NCBI GenBank assembly: GCA_965219415.1
Contig: OZ244742.1
Location: 896,001 to 960,000 of the forward strand
Direction of reading: 5' to 3'
DNA: 64,000 bases
From: Candidatus Marinacidobacterales bacterium
GTDB taxonomy: Bacteria > Acidobacteriota > Vicinamibacteria > Marinacidobacterales > DATDRI01
Shown: piece after piece, positions 52,280 through 60,857 of the stretch
Layout: every line of letters begins with the position of its first letter
Numbering within the stretch: position 1 is the first letter of the stretch
The notes under the pieces: model-generated
What the model saw: only the letters and a program-made list of their open reading frames with translations
Database searches by the model: none
What the model was told of the DNA's origin: nothing
Program-made: the position numbers and the translations under genes

Positions 52280-53077
52280 ATGCCCAAGTTGCGCATCGAC
52301 AGGCTCGTCGTAGAACGCGGACTAGCTCCCACACGGGAAAAGGCGCGGAGGTTGGTTTTAGCTGGGGAAGTCTTGGTAAACGATTCTCCGGTGGCCAAAC
52401 CCGGAACACTAGTCGCCCGAGACGCTGCCACTCGACTCCGCCACCCGCCCTCACCCTACGTGGGCCGAGGAGGCGAAAAACTGGCGGGAGCCCTCGCCGA
52501 CCTGAGGCTGGATGTATCGGGCCTGCACGTTCTCGATGTTGGAGCTTCCACCGGAGGTTTCACCGACTGCCTCCTCCAACGAGGGGTCGCCGATGTCACC
52601 GCGTTGGACGTCGGCAAGGCCCAGCTGGACTGGAAGCTTCGTACCGATTCCCGAGTGAGACTGATGGAAGGCGTCAACGCTCGCAACATCGAACGAAGGG
52701 ATTTCCCCGACCCTTTCGATATGGCAACCATCGACGTCTCGTTCATATCACTCGGCAAAATTCTTCCCGCCGTAGCGAAATTGATAAGGGAGGACGGCCG
52801 GATACTTGCCTTAGTCAAGCCACAGTTCGAGCTCACCAGGGAAGATGTCGAGTCGAGGGGTATCGTGCGAAACCCGGACAATCATCTTCGTGCCATCACC
52901 CAAGTCATGGAGGCGGCGCGAGCCAGTGGGCTGGCGGTCGAGGACGTGGTGGCCTCTCGCCTGCGGGGTGTAGAAGGTAATCGCGAGTTTTTCCTCTCCC
53001 TGCGACCCGGAGCGACAAACGAGGCGAGTTTCGACGAGCTACAAGAGCGGGCGAAACATGCCTGCGAACCGGAGTAG
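52280..53077 (+). CDS. tlyA: TlyA-family rRNA methyltransferase
   Basis: S4 domain, GRGGEKL, DVGASTGGFTD, DVSFISL, LVKPQFE, GNREF. Confidence 0.93.
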   Translation: MPKLRIDRLVVERGLAPTREKARRLVLAGEVLVNDSPVAKPGTLVARDAATRLRHPPSPYVGRGGEKLAGALADLRLDVSGLHVLDVGASTGGFTDCLLQRGVADVTALDVGKAQLDWKLRTDSRVRLMEGVNARNIERRDFPDPFDMATIDVSFISLGKILPAVAKLIREDGRILALVKPQFELTREDVESRGIVRNPDNHLRAITQVMEAARASGLAVEDVVASRLRGVEGNREFFLSLRPGATNEASFDELQERAKHACEPE

Positions 53078-53083
53078 ATCATC

Positions 53084-54016
53084 GTGGCGGGAAAACGAGC
53101 GAAAGTGCGGAAAGCGGCGATCATTGCCAAACCTCATATCGACGAAGCGTCTTCCGTCGTTCGCGAGCTTGTCGGCTGGCTCAGGAGCCATCGAGTGGAA
53201 CCGTGTGTGGAGGCAAGAATCGGCGAGCTCTTTGAGGGGCAGTGCCCCAGCTTCGCGTTAACGAAACCGCCACGGGACGTCGACCTCATGATCGTGTTGG
53301 GAGGCGATGGAACCCTCTTGTCGGCAGTGCGAGCGATGGGGGCCCGGCAGATTCCGATCCTGGGCGTCAACTTGGGAAGTCTCGGATTCCTCACCGATGT
53401 GGCCTTGCCCCAGCTTTACCCCGCCCTGGAGTCGATCCTGGCAGGCAATTACTCTATCCAATCGCGAATGATGTTGGATGCGGTGCTCAGCAGAAACGGG
53501 CAGGAGCGCACTCACCAATCGGTTCTCAACGACGTCGTGATCACCAAGGGCGCCATCGCTCGAATCATCGAAGTGAGTGTTCAAATCGACGACCAATCCG
53601 TCGCCCTGGTTCGAGCCGACGGCATCATCGTCTCCACCCCCACCGGCTCCACCGCTTACTCGCTTGCCGCCGGTGGCCCCATCTTGTATCCGGGCCTCGG
53701 CTCCATGCTGCTCACCCCCATATGTCCCCATACTCTGACGTACCGCCCGGTCGTCATATCCGATCGCTCGGCCGTAGAACTGACCCTCAGGGGAGAATCC
53801 GAGGAGGTTTACGCGACCTTCGATGGCCAGGCCGCCGAGCCGATGGAGATCGGTGATACGGTAAGAGTTCGCAAGAGTCGCAATTCGGTAAAGCTGGTGA
53901 GCCTTCCGGACCAGGAATACTTCAAGGTTCTCCGGAACAAGTTGCGATGGGCCGAACGTCCGAGAGCACGGAAGAGACGAAGTCCAGGCTCCCGCAAGAA
54001 ACGACCGCTCCGCTAA
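53084..54016 (+). CDS. nadK: NAD kinase
   Basis: GGDGT, NLGSLGFL, LND, STPTGSTAYSLAAGGP. Confidence 0.95.
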   Translation: MAGKRAKVRKAAIIAKPHIDEASSVVRELVGWLRSHRVEPCVEARIGELFEGQCPSFALTKPPRDVDLMIVLGGDGTLLSAVRAMGARQIPILGVNLGSLGFLTDVALPQLYPALESILAGNYSIQSRMMLDAVLSRNGQERTHQSVLNDVVITKGAIARIIEVSVQIDDQSVALVRADGIIVSTPTGSTAYSLAAGGPILYPGLGSMLLTPICPHTLTYRPVVISDRSAVELTLRGESEEVYATFDGQAAEPMEIGDTVRVRKSRNSVKLVSLPDQEYFKVLRNKLRWAERPRARKRRSPGSRKKRPLR

Positions 54017-55530
54017 TGGTAGACGAACGAGACAACAAGACTACCCAGGACGTCGACGTCCAGCAGGATGAGCGCGAGGCTATCCCCCGTCGGCGCATCG
54101 TTATTGTTGGCGCCGGGCAAACCGGCAGAGCCCTGGTCCGTCTCTTGTCGGCCGCCTGGGAAATCGCCATCCTGGACACGGATCAAGAGAAACTGGATAC
54201 GCTTAGGAAAGAGGTTCCCGATCGCCCGCTCAAAATCTACAACAAAGACGGGACCAGCCTCATCAGCCTGCGCGAAGCCGGCGTGGAAGGAGCCGAGTTC
54301 GTTGCCGCCCTAACTGATGTAGACGAAGTGAACATAGAGGCCTGTCGCGTTGCGCTCTCCGTCGAGACACCTCCAACCGCGATTGGGATACTGCGTCAAC
54401 CGAAGGCGATAGAAAAGCTGAAGTCGGTGGGAGCGGTCGCCCTGACACGTCCGGCCGCCATAGCCGGTCTGGTATTCAACCAAATCGAACGAGGACAGCA
54501 AGTAGCGATCAACGTAGGACTCGGGCGCGGCGAGATCGTGGAGATTCCGATCCTACCCACATCCCCGGCGGTGGATGTTCGGGTGGCCGACCTGCGAGCG
54601 GGCCGGTGGTTAGTAGCCGCGATCTACCGCGGCGACAAATTCATGGTTCCTCACGGCAATGTCGTGATCCGGAACGGGGACCGCTTGTTACTTACCGGGG
54701 ATCCAGACATCCTCCCCCATATCGGAGATTACTTGCGGGCCGGCGTCGCTCGATTCCCGTTGCAGTATGGTATTCGAGTGGTAGCCGTGGGCGAGGATCG
54801 ACTGCCCGAAAAGTACCGAAGCGAATTGGAGTACTTCGTGACTCGCACCCGCACGCGAGCTCTTCGCGTTTTGTTACCCCAGAGTGCACCTGGCCCAGAT
54901 GTGAGCCTGGATCGGATCCGAGTCGAGGTCGCGACGTTCTCAGAAAGCGAAGGTGCCGAAGCCGCGATCCGACGTGACCTTCCGTCACTTGACTGCGGAT
55001 GCTTGGTTCTCCGCAAGAAGAAAGCAGGTTGGTTTAGCCGACACGGATTCGTAAGACCGTCCTTTACCAGACTGATGGAGCTAATGCCTTGCCCGATCCT
55101 CCTCGCGGCCGGCACTCACCCTTATCGGCGAATTCTTCTCCCAGTCAGTGATGCGGAGGGATCGCTTCTAGCAGCCGAGCTGGCCATCGATCTCTCTCGT
55201 CAGCTCGATCTTCAAATCACCGCGGTGCTCGTCACTCCACCGAGCTTCATCACCGGCCATGAAGCGGTTGAGGAACAGAAGCGAGCCCTGAAGACGGTCA
55301 TCGACATGGCGTCCCTGTACCACATGAAGATCGAACAGATTCACCGAGAAGGAAACCCGGTGACCGAGATCACCCAGCTGGCCGGCGAGGGAGACTTGCT
55401 GATCGCGTTTCGCCGCGCGCACCGTCGAGCCTCTTTCTTCAATCCCGACACCGGGCTGCACATCATTAATCGCGCGCCCTGCTCCGTGCTCGCTCTTTCC
55501 TATCACGAGAAGGTACATGGGGCGGGATGA
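54016..55530 (+). CDS. TrkA-type RCK (N+C) domain fused to universal stress protein domain(s)
   Basis: IVGAGQTG, TDVDEVNI, AIYRGD...P.G...IRNGDRL; USP RRILLPV...EGNP..EI...APCSVL. Confidence 0.8.
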   Translation: MVDERDNKTTQDVDVQQDEREAIPRRRIVIVGAGQTGRALVRLLSAAWEIAILDTDQEKLDTLRKEVPDRPLKIYNKDGTSLISLREAGVEGAEFVAALTDVDEVNIEACRVALSVETPPTAIGILRQPKAIEKLKSVGAVALTRPAAIAGLVFNQIERGQQVAINVGLGRGEIVEIPILPTSPAVDVRVADLRAGRWLVAAIYRGDKFMVPHGNVVIRNGDRLLLTGDPDILPHIGDYLRAGVARFPLQYGIRVVAVGEDRLPEKYRSELEYFVTRTRTRALRVLLPQSAPGPDVSLDRIRVEVATFSESEGAEAAIRRDLPSLDCGCLVLRKKKAGWFSRHGFVRPSFTRLMELMPCPILLAAGTHPYRRILLPVSDAEGSLLAAELAIDLSRQLDLQITAVLVTPPSFITGHEAVEEQKRALKTVIDMASLYHMKIEQIHREGNPVTEITQLAGEGDLLIAFRRAHRRASFFNPDTGLHIINRAPCSVLALSYHEKVHGAG

Positions 55531-55797
55531 CCGGGACGTGGAGCAAGTCGGCGCTACCCGCGGCCGTCAAAATGGCAGACGGCCATACAAACAATTGGGA
55601 CACTACCCGCCGCCTGTGTAGGTAAACTGCCCCACTGCCTGTCACCACAGACTCAGCCCTAGCGACGTTCGGGGCCCCAACCTCGTTTCCGGTCAGTTAC
55701 TTGCCCTGACGCGAGGAGACCCTCAACCCCTCAACCGTTGGTACAGAGATTGCTTTGCATTGGTCCGTGGCCGGTATCAGGCCCCGGGGAGACCAAG

Positions 55798-56246
55798 ATG
55801 TTTCAGAAGAAAGGAGCTCCTGCTCCGTCCCAGGCTTCGCGAAGCGTGTCTGAGCCCACCCGAGCCCAAGACACGGTGATTGCCGCCGGGGTCCAAATAC
55901 GGGGTGACTTCAAAGCGAGGTCCAACGTCGAGCTTCGAGGAACGATAGAGGGGGAGCTTCGAAATAAGCGGTGTCCTCGCGATCCGTGAATCGGGTCGGC
56001 TCATCGGGAGCGTCACCGCGAAGGCTGTCGTTGTCGAGGGTGAGATCGAGGGCGATATCGCGGCAACGGAAAGAGTCGAGATTTCCTCAACAGGTCGGGT
56101 CCGGGGCGATGTCCAGGCGGGGGGCGGTGTCAATCTCGGATGGCGCTTTCCTCCAAGGGAGAGTGCAGATGGCCGACGACGAGTCCGCAGCCGGCAAGAA
56201 TGAGGAGAAGGTGGCCTACGCCGCCACGGGCGCCACGCTTGCGTAA
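55798..56246 (+). pseudogene. Second bactofilin, with two frameshifts (about 55958 and 56120)
   Basis: TVIAAGVQIRGD..VELRGTIEGEL / EISGVLAIRESGRLIGSVTAKAVVVEGEIEGDI..VEISSTGRVRGDV / VSISDGAFLQG lie in three successive frames. Confidence 0.8.
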
Positions 56247-56433
56247 CCGCTTAGTCCCACACGCTGGCTCCGCGGCCCAAAATGCGGGCTTTGACTCAGA
56301 CCGGGTTGGGGAGGTAAAATACCTACAATTAAAGACTTCCGCTCTAACAACTCTTAAATCGTTTTTGCGCAGACCGGCCGAAAGGCCGGAGACCGGAATC
56401 CATATTGTGCGGTCGAGTTTTCAGGAGGGTCAG

Positions 56434-57723
56434 ATGACCACGAGCCCATTGCGTTTCGCTGTCGCACTCAATTGCGCAGCATCGCTGTTGGCGATCGGAA
56501 TTCCCGTGCCTGCCCTATCGCAGAGCTCGCCGATCATGGGGTCGATAACGGGCAAGGTCTTCGATGCAGATAGTCGCACGCCTCTTGGGAACGTCACGGT
56601 TCGGGCATACGCGATAACCCACAACCAACCGCTTGGCGGCTCGATCACCGACCGTCACGGTAGCTTCTTCGTACCGGCTGCCCCAGCCGCTATCTACAGC
56701 TTCACACTCGCTCATCAAGGCGTGGAGTACCCAGTGGCCGAGCGTCTGGATGCACGAGCCGGAATGATTTTCCTTTTGGAGAGCTGCTTCCGCCTCGACA
56801 AGAGCGCCAAGACCGCGCCCGTCATGCCCGGGAACTGCAACTCCGAGCTCCTCGCCCAAGCCCAGGTCGTCACCATCGGGCCGCATCGCTTCCTCACCCA
56901 ACAGTCACCGATCGGCGAGCCTCTCTCTCCGTTTCCAGAGTCGCCTCAAACCAACCTGCCGGACACTCCGTCCGGAGGAGAGGGACCAGAACGACCCGAG
57001 GGGGTCGAATCGGAGCTCGCGCTAGAGCCAGAACCCGAGCCCACAAACGACATGCTCGATCCGACTTCGCCCGACGTGGCTGAGCCCGATGTGCCCCAGA
57101 TGGTGGAGGCCAACCCCAACGGACCTACCATCGAGCATTCGGAGATCGAATGTCTCAATCATGACCAGTTCCCGCATATCGACTCGACGATCACACCCGG
57201 AGAAAACGTCGAAGTCACTCGAGTCTACTTCCGATCCGATAAGTATCCCGATTTTTACTATGTCGAGGCGACGGACCTGGAATTGGAGACCCCCGACCAG
57301 TTCCGGGCCATCCTTCCCAAGCCGAGCCCAGAGACCGAGCGGATCATTTACTACGTCGAGGCGGTCGACCGGTCGTATAACACCGCGCAAACTCCCGAGC
57401 ACGACCCACCCATCAATGACGATGCGTGCGAACGCGATCCTGGCGCTTACTACCAAGAGAACCCTGAGATAGTCGTCGGTGCAACAAGCGCCGGTGCCGC
57501 AGCGGTTCCGCCCGGTTTTCAAGCACTCGGCATCACGAGCTTTATCAGTGCGGCAGGCGTCACCACGGCGGTTACCGCAGCCGCGGTGGGGGGTGGAGCC
57601 GCAGCAGGCGCTGGTCTGACGACCGGGCTGGTTCTCGTAGTGTCGGGAGCAGCCGTGGCGACGGGCGGAACCGTGGTCGTGACCACCGGCGGCGGCGGCG
57701 ACGAGGCTAGTCCACCAGAGTAG
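56434..57723 (+). CDS. Exported protein: carboxypeptidase-regulatory-like beta-sandwich, acidic linker, second Ig-like domain, Gly/Ala-rich C-terminal hydrophobic segment
   Basis: AGGAGG RBS before ATG 56434; signal peptide; GSITGKVFD..PL.NVTV...TD..G.F; IIYYVEAVD. Confidence 0.75.
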   Translation: MTTSPLRFAVALNCAASLLAIGIPVPALSQSSPIMGSITGKVFDADSRTPLGNVTVRAYAITHNQPLGGSITDRHGSFFVPAAPAAIYSFTLAHQGVEYPVAERLDARAGMIFLLESCFRLDKSAKTAPVMPGNCNSELLAQAQVVTIGPHRFLTQQSPIGEPLSPFPESPQTNLPDTPSGGEGPERPEGVESELALEPEPEPTNDMLDPTSPDVAEPDVPQMVEANPNGPTIEHSEIECLNHDQFPHIDSTITPGENVEVTRVYFRSDKYPDFYYVEATDLELETPDQFRAILPKPSPETERIIYYVEAVDRSYNTAQTPEHDPPINDDACERDPGAYYQENPEIVVGATSAGAAAVPPGFQALGITSFISAAGVTTAVTAAAVGGGAAAGAGLTTGLVLVVSGAAVATGGTVVVTTGGGGDEASPPE

Positions 57724-57770
57724 TGTACGAGCCTAGGCAACTCCGCCCCCCTGTGGGAACGGACGAATGG

Positions 57771-59258
57771 CTAGAAGAAGCTTTCCTTGACCACGACGAC
57801 ATCACCTTCCTGAAGGACCACATCCGGATCCTTGCCGGAGAGAATGTCCCCGAGATCTACCTTTAAAATCGTTTCTTCTCCAGTTGGGTCACGCCGTTTG
57901 ATCTGAACGCCCCCTTTCGAGGCTCGATCGTCCAGGCCGCCCGCCCGTGCGATCGCAATCAGAATGGAGGCGCCGTCACCCATCGGCAGCTTGTAGACGC
58001 CGGGGCTCCGTACCGCGCCGAGTACCGAGACGCTTAGCGCTGCCGCCGGCGGAACGCTGACGATGTCTCCCGCCCGCAGCCAAATGTTCCATTGGGGGTC
58101 GCCAAGGATCAAGAGGTCATGCAACGAAACAGAGAGCCGAGCGCTTCGGCCGTCATCCGCTTGGCGGAACACGAAAAGGACGTTGCCCGCCTCACCGCTC
58201 AAACCGCCCGCGTCTGCCAGGATCTGCAATAGGTTTCGCCTGCCCACCAGCGGGCAGGTCGCCGGGTTCTTGATCGCTCCGAGCAGAGATACGTTCTGAG
58301 AGTGAAACTCCTTGACGAAAACGCTGACCTGGGGATTTTGAACAAATCGGTTCCGAAGTCGATCCGCAACACGGTTCGCAACATCGTCCGGAGTCAATCC
58401 TTTGACCGGGATCGAGCCGATGAGAGGAAGCTCCATGTTGCCATCACCCGATACGCGCACGGTTCGATTGAGTTGATCCAACTCGAACACCCGAATCTCT
58501 ATGACATCCTCTGGACCGAGGTGGTACGCGTCTGACGAAAATCCACGTTGGTTGAAGAACAGCTCCGGGTCGATATCCGGGGGTTCGATGTTCAGATTGA
58601 CTGCGGCTTCGTCCTCGTCGACCTCGTCAGCCTCGTCGAGGGTCCTCGTTTCATCGGTGCTGATGTCCTCACTCATCGGCCCGTCGGTAATTTGGCCACT
58701 CGTAACCAGGTCGTCCGCTACCGGCTCCTCGGAGTTCGAGTCGCCCGGGGTCGCAACCGTGGCCGACCCGGCGGCGGGTTCGCCCTCGTCAAACGTCTTG
58801 CGAACGAGATCGACTGTCAGCTGCCGCTCTTCGGCGTGGATGCGGTACTCCACCGCGGCTTTCAGATCGAACGTAAATCGGCCGAACGTCTTTTCGTACT
58901 CGCCCCGAACGTAGGCGCTCATGAGTAGTTCTTGCGAGGAAACACGCTCCAATAGAGGATTGGGATCCAACAGCTCTTCAGCCTCCAGCGGATTCCGAAC
59001 GTTCAGGATATCGAGCACGAGCCGGAGGGGCTCGTCCTGAACATAAACGCGATGCTCCATCGCTCCGTCAGCCTCGAAGATGGCCAATAGGCCTTCCTCG
59101 CTACTCTGTAGCGTCAGCTCGAGGAGGTGCTCTGCTGGCCTCCATTTGATCTCTTTTTCTGATCCGGGCAGCGCGCCAACGACGTGGGTCGGCACCGCCC
59201 AAAGCGCGAGCGTGATGCCCACACGGCTGGCCGTAGAAAAGCTACCGCCTTTTTTCAT
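57771..59258 (-). CDS. Polysaccharide export (OPX) protein with N-terminal AMIN-like domain and two SLBB domains
   Basis: PLRLVLDI (AMIN-like); YHLGPED.I...VSGDG..LPLIG..V.GLT...NPQVSV (Poly_export); SLBB repeats; ends KESFF. Confidence 0.88.
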   Translation of the reverse strand: MKKGGSFSTASRVGITLALWAVPTHVVGALPGSEKEIKWRPAEHLLELTLQSSEEGLLAIFEADGAMEHRVYVQDEPLRLVLDILNVRNPLEAEELLDPNPLLERVSSQELLMSAYVRGEYEKTFGRFTFDLKAAVEYRIHAEERQLTVDLVRKTFDEGEPAAGSATVATPGDSNSEEPVADDLVTSGQITDGPMSEDISTDETRTLDEADEVDEDEAAVNLNIEPPDIDPELFFNQRGFSSDAYHLGPEDVIEIRVFELDQLNRTVRVSGDGNMELPLIGSIPVKGLTPDDVANRVADRLRNRFVQNPQVSVFVKEFHSQNVSLLGAIKNPATCPLVGRRNLLQILADAGGLSGEAGNVLFVFRQADDGRSARLSVSLHDLLILGDPQWNIWLRAGDIVSVPPAAALSVSVLGAVRSPGVYKLPMGDGASILIAIARAGGLDDRASKGGVQIKRRDPTGEETILKVDLGDILSGKDPDVVLQEGDVVVVKESFF

Positions 59259-59365
59259 GACGCCTCGTTAGATTTTGGACTCGGTGAAAACGGTTAACCC
59301 AGTATATCGAGTACTTTGCCGAATGTCAAAGAGCCGTCAGCCGTCCCGGAGCCGAGCTTTTCTGA

Positions 59366-59642
59366 AGTGCGACCTCACTCCTCGTTCGGCCGCTGGCCTC
59401 CGCTCAACAGGCTCGCTGCGGCCGGCGGCGGCGTAGGGACAGCCGTGGGGGACTGCCCAGATCATTCCGGCCGCCAAACGAGGTCGGTGGTATTAATCGA
59501 CTTCGCCAGGCGGCGGGGCCCCGCGGCCTTGATGGATGTTGAAAGATGCGAGCGGAGCGAGCCCGGCCGGAGTCGGCCGACGAAGCGTGCGCCGAGCGAA
59601 GAGCGAGGCGCCAAGCGCGCGAACGTGGAGTGAGCGCGCACT
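59366..59642. repeat. 277-bp intergenic element bounded by 23-bp imperfect inverted repeats
   Basis: AGTGCGACCTCACTCCTCGTTCG (59366-59388) versus the reverse complement of 59620-59642, AGTGCGCGCTCACTCCACGTTCG (20/23 identical). Confidence 0.65.
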
Positions 59643-59682
59643 GAGTCATAGATGCCCACCCAGTGGTTCGGGCCCCTGGTTG

Positions 59683-60459
59683 CTACCCCTCGAACAGGTG
59701 CTCCTGGCCGGGACCAAAGGCCAAGAGGCCGGTGAACTTGGGTTTGGGGCGGTTGAAGACCGGTGCCTCCCCGTCGAGCGTCCTTACGATGCCGCCCGAA
59801 GCGGCGATGAGTGCCGCGCCCGCGGCCACGTCCCACTCGTGCTTGGGAACCAGTGTCCAGGTCGCGTTCGCTAGCCCTGCAGCCACTCGAGCCAGCTTGT
59901 AGGCCACCGATCCCATCGGTTGAATTGTGAGCCCTCGACCCTCGTAAGCGGCCCATTCCCCTCGCTTGATCTCACTGCGACTCGCCAGCACCAACTGGTC
60001 CTTGAGGGTCCGGCGCACCGGAACCTCCAACGCCTTGCCGTTAAAGCTGATTCCTGTCTCCAACGAACCAAGGAAGACCTCGCCAACAGCGGGATTGCAA
60101 ATTCCCCCCGCGACTGCCCGCCCGTCCTCCACGAGCCCGATCGACACACACCATTCGGGAATTCCCTCGACGAACTCCAACGTTCCGTCGATAGGATCGA
60201 CAATCCACACCCTCCGCCGATCCAGACGGCTGTGCTCATCGGCCGTTTCTTCCGAGAGCCAGCCGTCCCCCTCGCGAGGAAGTGTCTCCAATAGAAACTC
60301 GTTTACCGCACGGTCCGCGGCCGTGACGGGACCACGCTTACCCTTCTGTTGGGTGTCGAATTTGTCAGGCGTAAAAGAACGAGCGATTCGCGCCGACTCA
60401 TCTAGTGCGCTCTTGATGCGCTCGAGATCCTCTCTCCGCGCCTTCAAATCGTTGCTCAC
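59683..60459 (-). CDS. cysQ: 3'(2'),5'-bisphosphate nucleotidase (inositol monophosphatase family)
   Basis: VTAAD, LSEE, WIVDPIDGT.EF, ASRS, EWDVAAG; adjacent to sat/cysC. Confidence 0.85.
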   Translation of the reverse strand: MSNDLKARREDLERIKSALDESARIARSFTPDKFDTQQKGKRGPVTAADRAVNEFLLETLPREGDGWLSEETADEHSRLDRRRVWIVDPIDGTLEFVEGIPEWCVSIGLVEDGRAVAGGICNPAVGEVFLGSLETGISFNGKALEVPVRRTLKDQLVLASRSEIKRGEWAAYEGRGLTIQPMGSVAYKLARVAAGLANATWTLVPKHEWDVAAGAALIAASGGIVRTLDGEAPVFNRPKPKFTGLLAFGPGQEHLFEG

Positions 60460-60647
60460 AACAAGGTCACCTGTTCCCTCAGTAAAGTCTCGATTTGCTC
60501 TCGATGAGTGCTGGCAAACCGGATAAGCATTCTAACCTACTCGGCTCATCCAGCCGCCTCGTCCCGCCATCGAACCCGGTTCCGACAACGACGAACGCAC
60601 GGATGGTCGAGCGCGGTTTAAGGAAGAAGAGACCAAGTGGGGACAAC

Positions 60648-60684
60648 GCTTGGAGGGACGGCACAACGCGCCGCCCCTCCAAGC
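60648..60684. other. GC-rich intergenic hairpin between sat/cysC and cysQ
   Basis: GCTTGGAGGG...CCCTCCAAGC perfect 10-bp stem; no U-tract. Confidence 0.5.
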
Positions 60685-60857
60685 CCTGGGTTGGGAAAAT
60701 GCTCAGAAGGAGCCACCCCGTACTCCCCGCTCGGGGAGCCCGGACTCGAGCGACCCGAACTTCAGCTGGGCCGCGAAAATTGTTGCTTGCTTAGCTGTCG
60801 ATAGTACGGGAAAAACGCTTGAATGGCAACCCAATTGGGCGCGAGTTCGTTTGAGGC

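Noticed and set aside
60479-60682. 67-aa ORF between sat/cysC and cysQ
   Set aside because: No motif or RBS, and it overlaps a strong hairpin; more likely non-coding.
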